Of a DNA stretch of 64,000 nt, positions 50,057-63,896 are shown one piece after another (position 1 is the stretch's first letter; each line of letters begins with the position of its first letter). Under the pieces are notes generated by a model, which did no database searches, was not told the DNA's origin, and saw nothing but the letters and a program-made list of their open reading frames with translations. The DNA is from Octopus sinensis (lineage: Eukaryota), in NCBI RefSeq assembly GCF_006345805.1, contig NC_043005.1:75392001-75456000 (forward strand), given 5' to 3'. Both the position numbers and the translations under genes were made by a program.

Positions 50057-51356
50057 TGACTAGACAACACCTCGTCTCACAGCTGTCTTCAACCAGTCGC
50101 GGCCCTTCTTCATCGTTGCAGCCACAGACAGCAGACCACAGCCACATTATCTATTAAACCCAGTAGAACTGAAGTCATTTGTATGTTTATTCCAGATCGT
50201 AGTATTAACATCATTCATTTTGGCAATTTTCAATTATTATAACGAGAAGAATAATCGTCGCTTTTTCAACTTATTCAAATCTTATCGATCTTCTTTCCAC
50301 ACCACATCATTATAATTAGTGCATTATAACCTCTTCTTGTTATAGATACACTTCAAATTAAAAAAAAGCGTGTCTTATATGCCGGTGAATATGGTAATAT
50401 TTGGCTAAGTGCAATATTATGAAGCTAAGTGCAATATCCTGCTTCCAATGTCGCCATCTCTCCACTTCCTTATGGTTCCATTACACAAACCTCACTCCAG
50501 TGTCGAATTTTCAGATTCTGCAATCCAGAATAATGCAACTCTTGTCAGAGTTGCATCATTTTGGAAACAAATGGAAACATGGCATATAAAATGAAATTAA
50601 CGAAACTCAACTAAATCTAAAAACTTAACTTAGAATATTCTCTAACCTTCATCACGATCTACTGGAATAGTTCTCTTTTTTGAAAATCATCAAATTAGAC
50701 TTTGGCAATGTGATAAATTTGACTTGGAATCCAACGGAGTAAAGAATATTGATTGTTAAAACCAAGATTCAGAAAAATTTCTTGAAAAGAAGTGTACCGT
50801 ATGATCTGGCTGTTTCAAACTCTTTCAACTTCAATAACAACAATGACAATGCTGACTAATTTTTATTCTCACAGGTGATGCAACAGTACATAGTGATGAT
50901 GCAATACTTGCAATGGAATGATTCAAACAAGCAAGGAGAAAATGATAAAAATTCAGAAATTACTCATTTTACTCCCAAGTATCATTTTGCTCCTCACCCT
51001 TAACGTGGAAGTTTACAAAATTATTTTCCATCTTACTCTTAGTTTTGTTTTGTTTTAAAAATAGAAATATATTTTAGGTTTACTATTGTTTATATTTCGA
51101 ATTACATATAAATGAGGGTACCAAAATCTTGTAAGTGCTTAGGGTCTCTGTGGGTCTTAATCCGGCCCTGACTTGAAGAGTTCAGAATGAACATAAACCT
51201 CATTATCTTTGTCGGCTGTTGTAGTGGATCTAAGATAAACACTCATAATGGTTCCAAAATATAGCACAGGGCCAGTGCTGTACTGGTACTTATTTTATTG
51301 TCTCTGAAAGGAAGAAAGGCAGAGTCAACATCGGCGGTATTTGAAATATAACCATA

Positions 51357-51729
51357 GGCGCAGGATTGGCTGTGTAGTAAATAGCTTGCTTACCAACCAC
51401 ATGGTTCTGGGTTCAGTCCCACTGCATGGCACCTTGGGCAAGTGTCTTCTACTATAGCCTCGGGCCGACCAAAGCCTTGTGAGTGGATTTGGTAGACGGA
51501 AACTGAAAGAAGCCCGTCGTATATATGTGTGTGTTTGTGTGTCTGTCCCCCTAGCATTGCTTGACAACCGATGCTGGTGTGTTTATGTCCCCGTCACTTA
51601 GCGGTTCGGCAAAAGAGACCGATAGAATAAGTACTGGGCTTACAAAGAATAAGTCCCGGGGTCGAGTTGCTCGACTAAAGGCGGTGCTCCAGCATGGCCA
51701 CAGTCAAATGACTGAAACAAGTAAAAGAA
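51357..51729 (+). mobile_element. SINE family A, full length
   Basis: Complete head to tail. Confidence 0.92.
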
Positions 51730-52750
51730 TACGTAATAAGAACAAGTAACAAGAACAAGACATCGGAGATGAACGAGATTGTAGGAAATAAGACAAATAA
51801 ATATTTGGCTGTGTAGTCAAGAAGTTTGCTTCCCAACCACATAGTTTCAGGTTCAGTCCCACAGCGTGGAGCCTTGGGCAAGTGTGTTCTGTTATAGCCT
51901 CTGGCTGACAAAATAGCCTTGTGAGTGGATTTAGCAGACGGAAGCTGAAAGAAGCGCTTCGTGTGCGTGTGTATGTGTGTGACCTCGTCATGTCAAACAC
52001 TTCATTTCACGTTTCTCCAGCTGACAAATATGAGTAATCCCGTGATAGACCGTCGTCCCGTCCAAGGAGGAATCACAGCAACTAGGAAACTGATCCTATG
52101 TGTCTATGTGACTTAGGAAGGATCTCTGTAAGGAAATATGACAACGACAAAATTGATTCATCATAAAACCTCTGTTGCATGCACAAAGATAACACTACCT
52201 TAGTGCAACTGCATGGTTGTCTCATTGCTAAATATGGACACCCCTCAACTAACATCAAGCGTTCCTACTAATTTTTTTCCTTTCAGGTGCAGACAGACAT
52301 CAAACAACGTATCCAAGTACGCTTCTAGCAGAAACTCACCTCTAGCTGTCTTGTGTAGAACATTGGGTGTGCCGCCATCAATGTTGGCACAACGAAAGAT
52401 AGGTCTGAAGAGTGTTGAGATGCTATAACACAGGCGAATAGGTGTGTACTGTGTAGTAGAAATAAGATAGCAAGGAGCTTCATCCAGACTCCGCACGGTC
52501 AATAAAAATAAGTACAAATTCGTTTGGTAGTAGTGGTGATGGTTGGGGTAACAACACTGGAATGGGTTAAGAAGGTATATCGTTGGGAGAGGAATGGATA
52601 AACAGAGTTACTAAGAAGAGTGTAAGGTCGAATAAGCTTAAACCAGTTATAGGTAATACGAAAGTAACAGTGATCTCTTCGTGTGTAACAGTCAAAAGCA
52701 AATAGATATGTAAAAAGACCGCTTTTTACGAAATTTTTCTATAGACTCTA

Positions 52751-53146
52751 GGCGTAGGAGTGGCTGTGTGGTAAGTAGCTTGCTTACGAACTACATGGTT
52801 TCGGGTTCAGTCCCACTGCGTGGCACCTTGGGCAAGTGTCTTCTATAGCCTCAGGACAACCAAAGCCTTGTGAGTGGATTTGGTAGACGGAAACTGAAAG
52901 AAGCCCGTCGTATATATGTATGTATATGTATGTGTGTGTATATGTTTGTGTGTCTGTGTTTGTTCCTTCAACATCGCTTGACAACTGATGCTGGTATATT
53001 TACGTCCACGTAACTTAGCGGTTTGGCAAAAAAGACTGATAGAATAAGTACTAGGCTTACAAATAATAAGTCCTGGGGTCGATGTGCTCGACTGAAGGTG
53101 GTGCTCCAGCATGGCTACAGTCAAATGACTGAAACAAGTAAAAGAG
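52751..53146 (+). mobile_element. SINE family A, full length
   Basis: Complete head to tail. Further partial or decayed copies at about 1300-1450, 4870-5040, 17320-17470, 21980-22110, 34310-34460, 36330-36548, 37560-37740, 56236-56560 and 61231-61390. Confidence 0.9.
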
Positions 53147-53523
53147 TTGACAATGTCAACAAGTGTAATCGAACCCGCTATAATGACTTCGGACTTGGGT
53201 GGATGTGCTGGCTATCGTAATAGTAGTTAACCAGGTGTATATGGAAGCTTTGGTCATAGTACAAGGAATGAAGATCAAGGCCTTCGTAATTCAACGATGC
53301 AAAAGACCTAATTCTGCGACACATTTTAAGAAGCCGACCTACCACCTGATCATTTAGCACCCTGGCGAACAAATAAATTAAATGGACGTCACAAAGAAAG
53401 AAAATACCCAACTCGTTGTGAATACCAAGTCTTTCCATAGTGAAGAATGTACTATACAACAGATCAATAATTAGTCATCCCAAGATAAGAATTACAACTC
53501 AGAAACAGAAAGCTAAGTGAATG

Positions 53524-53906
53524 GGAAGCACTCCGTCGGTTACGACGACGAAGGTTCTGGTTGATCCGAATCAACGGAACTGCCTGCTCGTGAAATTAAC
53601 GTGTAAGTGGCTGAGCACCCCATAGACACGTGTACCCTTAACGTAGTTCTCGGGGATATTTATCGTGACACAGAGAGTGTCAAGGCTGGTCCTTTGAAAT
53701 ACAGGTACAACAGAAACAGGAAGTAAGAGTGAGAGAAAGTTGTGGTGAAAGAGTACAGCAGGGATCACCACCATCCTCTGCCGGAGCCTCGTGGAGCTTT
53801 TAGGTGTTTTCGCTCAATAAACACTCACAACGCCTGGTCTGGGAATCGAAACCGCGATCCTATGACCGCGAGTCCACTGCCCTAACCACTGGGCCATTGC
53901 GCCTCC
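53524..53906 (-). mobile_element. SINE family D (tRNA-derived), full length
   Basis: Head ggaggcgcaatggcccagtggttagg...ggtttcgattccc. 10-bp TSD gctaagtgaa. Confidence 0.92.
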
Positions 53907-54569
53907 ACGCTAAGTGAAGAAGTAAGATTTGAAAAGAGAAATACTCTTCTGAACGAGATGGATAACTATGACAGTACAATTGTGCTCAGACCACGTCATA
54001 TCTGTGGATGGAGGGCGACATGGTGGTGGAATTGTACTATTGGTGAGACCCTGAAATTATATAAGCCGATAGAGACTGACAAGTACACCATCGTTTACGA
54101 CGACGAGTGTAACTGTTGATCTGATCAATGGAACACTCCACAGACGCGTACCATCAATGTTGTTCTCAGAGAGATTCTATTTCTTTATTACCTACAAGGA
54201 GCTAAACATAGAATGGACAAACAAGGACAGATAAAAGGGATTAAGTCGATTACATCGACCCAGTGCGTAACTGGTACTTAATTTATCAACCCCGAAAAGA
54301 TGAAAGGCAAAGTTGACCTCGGCGGAATTTGAACTCAGAACGTAACGGCAGACGAAATACGGCTACGCATTTCGCCCGGCGTGTTAACGATTCTGCCAGA
54401 GAGATTCAGCGTGACATAGAATGTAACAAGGTTGGCCCTTTTGCCTTACATGTACAACTCATTTTTACTGAGTAGACTGGAGCAATGTAAAATAAAGTAT
54501 CTTGTTAAAGAACACACCGCGTCGCCGGTTATCGAACTCACGAACTTACGATCATAAGCCGAATACCAG

Positions 54570-54952
54570 GGAGGCGCAATGGCCCAGTGGTTAGGGCAGG
54601 AGACTCGCGGTCGTAGGATCGCGGTTTCGATTCCCAGACCGGGCGTTGTGAGTGTTTATTGAGCGAAAACACCTAAAGCTCCACGAGGCTCCGGCAGAGG
54701 ATGGTGGTGATCCCAGCTGTACTCTCTTTCACCACAATTTTCTCTCACTCTTACTTCCTGTTTCTTTTGCACCTGTATTTCAAAGGGCCGGCCTTGTCAC
54801 TCTCTGTGTCACGCTGAATATCCCCGAGAACTACGTTAAGGGTACACGTGTCTGTGGAGTGCTCAGCCACTTACACGTTAATTTCACGAGCAGGCTGTTC
54901 CGTTGATCGGATCAACCGGAACCCTCGTCGTCGTAACCGACGGAGTGCTTCC
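54570..54952 (+). mobile_element. SINE family D, full length, inserted into the tRNA-like head of an older SINE
   Basis: 12-bp TSD aagccgaatacc. The flanks join into tcgaactcacgaacttacgatcataagccgaataccctaaacactaagccacgcgcc. Confidence 0.92.
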
Positions 54953-55756
54953 AGAAGCCGAATACCCTAAACACTAAGCCACGCGCCTTCATATTCTTCA
55001 ACCTGTCTTAAACCAAAAGTTGGAGATGGATAGGAACGAGACCAGGTGTCTGGAAAAGAAATGAGACATCAGGTACACTTAGCAAGCAAAGGAAAATAGA
55101 TTAAGTGTGTGTCGTGAGGATCAGAAGCGCAATGTATTCCATGTTATATGGTTCTTGATTTTATCAATTCCGGAAGAATAAAGCGCAAGTGCTACAACGA
55201 CAGGACTTAAATCCAGAACGTAAAGGGCCATAATTGAATACTGTCCCATGTCACACTAACGATTCTACAAAACTGAAATTCTGTTCATGTATTAAACAAA
55301 TGATATATAAAGGGAGGCTACTCTTGTACGGCAGAAATAAAATTGCTTTCCGTTGTTTCACTCTATCATTGAACTGAATAAATTTATCGTAATTATCTGA
55401 TATCAGTTATCTAATTTACATTGTATTATTAAAGTTATTTGATAATGATAACTTTAATTTAAAAATAGTAAGATGAGTGAATAATGTAGCCAACATCAAT
55501 AATTAGGTCCATTCTGTATTTTGACATATGGGCATTAAAAGTGACTCCTATTCCTAAAATGTAAAGTATATACACACGCGTAAGCATACAATCTCTTCTT
55601 CCATGTGTGTGTGTCCAGTAAATGGAGAAGTCCTACTGTATGATAGCATATGGTAGCCGATACCCGTAAATGAGCCTTGGAATGCACAGTATAAGGTTAT
55701 TACCCAGATTATATATACACTTTAGATGAGTTGTAGTGCACCTGAGCACTGTACAC

Positions 55757-55787
<31 letters not shown>

Positions 55788-56157
55788 TAAATATGTATGT
55801 ATGGATGTATGTATGTCTGGCCCTGTATTACCACACAATATTATAATGGTCCTGCCTGTAGACTACAGCAAGAAGAAAGTTATGGGTGAGATATATTCCA
55901 TCATACCATAATTCATTAAAAAAGGTAGTCCATTGATTGAACAACTTGTTTGCCAAAATCAATAAGGAAGTACATCATGTGTGTGTGTGTGCGTGTGTGT
56001 GTGCGTGTGTGTTTGTGTATGTATGTATGTATATATATCGTTCCACCCATGCTAGCAGGGAAGGCAGGCGTTGATGATGATATATATATATATATAGACA
56101 TGTATATATAATTTGAATATATATGTATACATACCTTATCTGTCTGTCTTTCTCATG

Positions 56158-56190
<33 letters not shown>

Positions 56191-56203
56191 CTCTCTATGT
56201 ATG

Positions 56204-56234
<31 letters not shown>

Positions 56235-57796
56235 TCTTCTATTCTTTTATTTGTTTCAGTCATTTGACTGCAGCCATATTGGAGCACTGCCTTAAATCAA
56301 ACAATTCAGCTCTAGAACTTATTCTTTGTTGGCCTAGTACTTATTCTATTGATATCTTATGCTGAACTGCTAAGTTACGGGGATGTAAACACACCAACAT
56401 TAGTCATCAAGTAATGGTGGGGGACAAATACAGATATGAAAAAATATACATACATACATACTTTCAGTTTCCGTCAACCAAATCCACTCACATAGCTTTG
56501 GTTGACCCAGAGCTATAGTAGAAGACACTTGCCCAAGGTGCCATGCAGTGGAACTGAACCCATAAATATTGTATGTGTATATATTTATTGTGCATATGAC
56601 AGTACGGGTGTGGCTGTCTGGCACTTTGAGGAAGTGTCTTCTATTATAGCCCTAGGTTGACTAAAGCCCTGTGAACAGCTTTGGCAAGATGGAAACTGGA
56701 AAGTACCACATTGTATACACACACACACACACACACATATATATAAGTCCACTCTGCTGAGTGGTTGGTGTTAGGAAGGGCATCCAGCTATAAAAATCCT
56801 ACCAAAACAGTCACAGTAGTCTGGTGTAGGCTTCTTCCTTGGCTGGCTCTTATGGTACCATCCCACCCATGCTAGCATGGAACACAGACGTTAAATGATG
56901 ATGATGACGGTGGTGGTGGTGGTTGTAGTGTAGGGTGGCTCCCTCAGCCTCTGGAGTTGTAGAGATGCCGTTGTAGCATAAGCCATATTTTGGGTTTTTA
57001 AACTTGGCGGAATCACTTCCAGTGGGAAAGTGTATGAGAAAGCGAAGAGGAGAGAGAGGGAGAGAGACAGACAAAGAGAGAGAAGAGGAGGGAAACTGGG
57101 AGATAGAAGGCAGGAGGGAGAACAAATAAATGCTTCCAGTACATGACTGGCACTTTATCTAAAGACCCTGTAGGCACCAAACTTCACTTGACTAATTTGA
57201 AAACATCACATCAATCTTGTTAACATGGGAAGGCCTGCAAACGTCATTGATGCTGACCATCCCTTTCTTGATTATCTTCTAATAAAAACTGCACTACCTG
57301 CTCTAGAATTGTGATTTGAAATAAGTTTCAGGTTGTTTGGGTTGTTTCTGGGAAAAACATTTTATATTATTACTTCATTCCAGCCTAAGTATCAGGGAAA
57401 TATGTCGCAGATCTCCAGAGAATGTTACTCAACATCATATTCAAGAAAATATATTTATCTCATGAGACTGGACTTTAACTCCTAATGAAACTATGTGCAA
57501 CATATCTCATTGTCAGAAGAATAAGGATTATAGTGGCAGGGGCTAAACAGGGGGTTAAAATAAAGCTTAGCTGCAACTTTTCTCTTCTGAAGATCTATCC
57601 ATCCATCCATGCATCCATCCATACCTATCTTCTACCTACCTTCTTACCTACCTACATACCTACCTACCTACCTACCTACTCACCTACCTACCTACTTACA
57701 CTTGCACACATATTTGCTTTTCTCTTCAATATGTTATATAAATATGAATACATTATAAATTGATTTGATGAAGGCCTATTTATGGTTTTGCTCTAT

Positions 57797-57862
<66 letters not shown>

Positions 57863-57974
57863 ATTACATACATGTAATATAATTTTTCTGAATGTTCAGA
57901 TTTTAATATGCTAGACCACTGGTTTTAAATTGATAATCAAATTAATATTCAATTTCCCCACCTTATTATTTAAA

Positions 57975-58011
<37 letters not shown>

Positions 58012-58012
<1 letters not shown>

Positions 58013-58385
58013 TAGCAGAATCACCCGTCGTTGCTCGGGTTTGTAAGGGAAATAACTATATAAACATTTTTAGAGATGTAAAGTATAATAGCCATCTCAA
58101 TATGGCTAACCACAAAGGGGGGGGGGTGTGTTACTGTAGCTTTTTACGTTCTGAGATTTAATAATAAATTTTTAGAGAGTTACTTCCCTTATATATGCCA
58201 AAAATGCATTAAAAATGGGAAAAATTGATGGTAAATTTTTTTTTAAATCGTAGACTCATTGTAGACGCGCACTAATACCCAGAAGGGCTCGATATGAATC
58301 ACGACTGAACCGCAAAATGTGGGAGTAGTTAGGAATCTAAATTGTAGGAGACAGACAGCACACAACCTCACTTTTATATATAAGA
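58012..58385 (-). mobile_element. Non-autonomous Helitron
   Basis: Minus strand: A|TCTTATATATAAAAG...ACCCG(agcaacga)CGGGT...CTAG|T. Inserted in a TA microsatellite with no TSD. Confidence 0.8.
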
Positions 58386-58589
58386 TATATATATATATAT
58401 ATATATATTATAATAAGATATATATATATATATTATATATATATAGGTGCTTGAGCCTCTCTGAGAGAGAGAGGGTTATATATATATATATATATATAAT
58501 TTTTTTTTTCTGTAGTTTCAGCTCAGAGCTGTGGCCATGCTGATGTACTGCCGTCTTGCTACACTGTTACTACTGAGAGCCTCCTCCAA

Positions 58590-59290
58590 TATGTGGCACT
58601 TGGTGAAGAATGAGTTTGATGTAGCTACCCTCATTTGCACCTCTTACCTTGAGGTAGGTTCATCTGGGACTCTCGACAGGAAGAAGTCCAACCTTGATTT
58701 AAAAACACCTACATCTACTTAGTGCAGGTTCCTCAGGCACTTAAGGAGAATATTAAAAAGCTGTGGGTCCCTGAAACCCAGGCTGTTGCAGTAACTGGTC
58801 CTGAAGTGTGATGGCATTGGTGGCATTTTTGGCACTATGCAGTGTCGACCTGTTCTGGTATTGGTGTAGCTTTCAATGCCAAAACTTGGCACAATTCCTT
58901 CCAGGATCTGCCAAACCTCTCCCACCTTCACTCCAGGGAGTAGAGTCTTAGCTGTTTTAGCCTTTTCCAGTAACTGAGCAGTTGCAAAGAGATGATCTTC
59001 TTTGTGAATCTTCCACTGGATTGCTTCAAGATCTGCTGTAATTTTACACTGTTTGGTGACCATAGCTGGGAGCAGTAATCCAGGCAGCTGAGGATTAACG
59101 TCCTCCAGAAGACCATCATGGTTTCCTTATCTCTGGTTCTGAATGTTCTCAGGATTCATCCAGCCAGTTGTCTGCACTTTGTCGCCATCCTGGTAATGTG
59201 CACTTGGAAAGAGGTATCATCACTCATGTTAATACCCAGGTCCCTCACTGATTTAGGCTCTGGGATTGAAATTCCCTGTGGACCAGATAG
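58590..59290 (-). mobile_element. CR1-group LINE 3' fragment
   Basis: SVRDLGINMSDD.SF..HI...ATKCRQL.G..L...RT....TM...W.TLILS.LDYCSQLWSP...YW.RLK.LRLYSLE...PQLFNIL.K.LRNL. Confidence 0.85.
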
Positions 59291-59750
59291 ATATATATAG
59301 ATATACATACATATATATGCGTGATCGTTCCCAGGGCCACGGATTGGCTCCTGTGCTGGTGGCACTTGAAAAGTACCATTTGAGCATGATCGTTGCCAGT
59401 GTCCCCTTACTGGCACATGTGCCTGTGACATGTGAAAAACAACATTCGAGCATGGTCGTTGTCAGTACTGCTGGGGTGACTCCCATGCAGGTAGCACATA
59501 AAAAACACCTTTTGAGCATGGTCAGTGCAAGAACCGCCTGACTGGCCCTCATGTCGATGGCACGTAAAAGCACCCATTATACTCTCAGAGTGTTTGGAAT
59601 TAGGAAGGGCATCCAGCTGTAGAAACTTTGCCAGATCATATTGATCCTGGTGCAGCCACAGGTTCATCACGAGTTCTCAGTCAAAGCATCCAACCCATGC
59701 CAGCATGGCAAGCAGACGTTAAACAATGATGATGATGTATACACATATAA

Positions 59751-59786
<36 letters not shown>

Positions 59787-59979
59787 CATATACACATTTA
59801 ATATATATATATATATATACACATATAATCATCATCATCATCATCATCATCGTTTAACGTCCGCTTTCCATGCTAGCATGGGTTGGACGGTTCAACTGGG
59901 GTCTGGGGAGCCCGAAGGCTGCACCAGGCCAGTCAGATCTGGCAGTGTTTCTACAGCTGGATGCCCTTCCTAACGCCAA

Positions 59980-60015
<36 letters not shown>

Positions 60016-60084
60016 GGTAGGTAGGTAGGTAGGTAGGTAGATAGACAGATATACACATAATATATATATATATAAGCACTAAAT

Positions 60085-60900
60085 GTGCAGGCAATAGACT
60101 ACCTCAAATGCTCAGGGAGATCATTAGAAGTAGTAGATAGCTTATGTTACCTAGGAGACCAAGGTAGCAGTGGTGGAGGGAGTTCTGAAAATGTAGTTGC
60201 TGGGATAAGAATGAGCTGGGCAAAGTCCAGAGAGCTTCTATCTCAGAGTGAAAGACAGACTGTATAATGCCTGTGTATGTTCAGCTATGTTACATGGTAG
60301 TGAAACATGGGCTTTGGTCACAGACGACATGTGAAGGCTTGAAAGAAATTAAGCATGTTCCACTGGATGGGTAATGTCAGTGTGCATGCATGACAGAGTG
60401 CAGATGATTTGGTTATATGATGTGTATGGGTGAGGGCAGCTGCATAAAGAAATTCTGAGCTCTAACTGTGGAGGGCACTTGTTGAAGGAATAGACCCAGG
60501 AAGATGCGAGATGAAGTGGTGAGAAAGGATCTTCAGATGCTTGTCCTTATTGAGGAAATGACAATGGACCAGGAGATGTGACAGTTTGCTGTACTTGATG
60601 AGATGCATGAAGTTAAGTAAAATTGCTCTTCTTCTGCACATACAGACTTTTCCTATTTGGTGCTGGTGCCACTTAAAAAACACCCATGCCACTATGGTGT
60701 TGATGCATTTGTGCTGGTGTTGCAGAAATGCACCTGTGCCAGTGGCACATAGAAGGCACCCAGTACACTCTGTTAAGTGATTGGCATTAGGAGGGGCATC
60801 CAGCCATAGAGGCCATGCCAGAACAGACAGTTGGAGTCTGGGCAGCTCACTGCTATCCAGTTCCATGTCAAACCATCCAACCCATGCCAGATTGGAATAT
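60085..60900 (+). mobile_element. RTE LINE 3' end plus 3' tail (family B)
   Basis: LEVVDSLCYLGD...RMSWAK.RELL; RLYNACV.SAMLHGSETW; VEGTC.R.RPRK; followed by the ggcac.taaaaagcacc/ggcatccagc/caacccatgc tail. Confidence 0.8.
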
Positions 60901-61414
60901 ATCATCATCATCATCATCATCGTCGTTTAACGTCTGCTTTCCATGCTAGCATCTTGCCATGTAGCACTTGCAAAACTCTACTTTTTGGTTTGGTTTGGAT
61001 CATCTTCTTTGTGATTATGGGTTATTTTTTGACTGTAGCTTTGCTAATGACTGTGTTTCAAAATGTGAGGGTCATTTAATTTTGAAATTCCTATTGCACA
61101 ACTTACTTCCTGCACAAATTCTCTTGAACTTTGGTAATATGTTTCTAGTACACTTTCTTACTTTGTGGGGCTTGTTGATGTCCATAGTCTCGGAACATTT
61201 CTTATAAACATTCTGAATAGTTCTGAATATAGGAGTGGCTGTGTGGTAAGTAGTTTGCTTATGAACCACATGGTTCCGGGTTCAGTCCCACTCTGTGGCA
61301 CCTTGGGCAAGTGTCTTTTACTATAGCCTTGGGCCAACCAAAGCCTTATGAATGGATATGGTAGATGGAAACTGAATGAACCCGTTGCATATGTATATAT
61401 ATATATACATATAC

Positions 61415-61449
<35 letters not shown>

Positions 61450-61639
61450 TTTATTATATAGAAGGAGCTTCTACAGCACTGGAACTGTTTCATTCAAGAG
61501 AATCATCAGGAAGCTAGTTAACAAGAATTGTATTGGCATTTATACATTTAGGCAGGTTTAAAGGGTGGTGGTGGGGGACTTTTTGGGGGTAGGCATAGCG
61601 CAAAAATATCTTACTTGGGGGAGTGGTCAAGGAGTCAGT

Positions 61640-61805
61640 GGTAAATTAGATAAAAGAATAAATAAAAGAATAAAAAAATATAGAAGAATAGAGTTTTAGG
61701 TAAATAAGGAGATTCTCACTTATACATATACACATATGTATATATATACACACACACACACATATACATACACACATACATATACACACACGTATATACA
61801 TACAC

Positions 61806-61837
<32 letters not shown>

Positions 61838-62000
61838 ATATATATATATACATATATATGCATATATAATACACACACACATGTATATTACACACAACGC
61901 AACCCACACATACATATACACACAAAAAATATATACATACACACACACATACACTCACACACATATATCTACATACACATGCACACACAAGTCCATATAT

Positions 62001-62053
<53 letters not shown>

Positions 62054-63284
62054 TGTGTGCCTATACATACCTACACATACACACATATACATACAAATAC
62101 AAACCCATTCCCTAATTTTAATTTTATTATTATCTTCATTTATTACTTTTGTTATCTTTGACCGTGGGTCACAAGCATCTTGGCTATCGTCCCCCCGGGG
62201 GACGACAGCAAGTCCCTTTATATTTCTACTCGAACACAAGCACTCACGCACGCACACTCATTCGCATGCACACTCACTCATTCGTAACTCATACACATAC
62301 ACGCACGCACGCGTTATATTCATACATACATACATCTACATAACATTCCATATATACACATACGTACGCGTACCTACAGATTCATGGTCTGTCTACACGC
62401 TTACACATACATACCTCAATACACCCACAGAGACTAGTCCATACATATACACCAATAAATATGTATACCCACATACATATACACCTACATACAAATACAT
62501 ACATATATATATATATTATATATATACGTATATATACATACATATACATACACCCTACATACATACATATATACACTACACAGACCCACACTATAATATA
62601 CATACATATACGCGCATACATACCAACTATACATACATATACATATACTTATACATATATATATATATATATATATACTAAATATATATTATATATATAT
62701 ATATATATATACATATATATACATGCACATACATACATATACACATATACACCCACATACATACACATATACATACCCACACATACACATATACATGCGT
62801 ACCCATACACACACAACACGCGCATCATATATACACATAGTACACACATGCGTAAAAGTATACATATATCTATACATATGCTTACACCTACACAACACAC
62901 ACGCGCCTCCTTATGTTCATATACTTACATGCATACTCAAAAATAAATAATAAAATATGTATACGTGCAGTTATTCATGTACATACATGCATACTCAAAA
63001 AATAAATAATAAATATTAAGTATATATACGTGCAGTTACCTATTATACAGACGGATACATACATATAAACTTACACACATATATATATATATATTATATA
63101 CCTATTTACACATATGTACATATACATACATACATACATAACTCTACGTACCTACATATACATAAACACACGAGCGTACACGTATATGTACATATACACA
63201 TACACATACACACACATATATACATATATATACATACATATATATATATATATATAATATATTATATATAATATAATATGTATA

Positions 63285-63325
<41 letters not shown>

Positions 63326-63861
63326 CATACACACACATACACATACACATATATATATATATATAATATATATATTATATCATACATATACATTCCAACA
63401 CATACACAACACGCATATATATATAACACACACACACATACATATACATCCACACATATACCTATAATATATATATAATATATATATATATATTATCTAT
63501 ATATATAATACATATATACACATGTGTGCATCCATACATACATACTACTCATACACCACACACACACACTTACACATACCTATATACACACACTTACCAC
63601 ACCTTATTAATATATATATGTACATATACACACACATTCACATATATATATAATATATATATATAATATACCACACAACACATACACACACATATATATT
63701 ACAACATAGACACACATACACATACCACACCATATATATACATAACATACCTACACATACATAATATATATATACACATGTGTGTATACATACATACATA
63801 CTCATACACACACATACACATACACATACACATACATACTCATACACACACACATACCATA

Positions 63862-63896
<35 letters not shown>

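Noticed and set aside
54570-54640. tRNA gene
   Set aside because: A and B boxes are present, but the sequence continues into a 380-bp SINE body with a TSD. It is a SINE head, as are the other tRNA-like segments.
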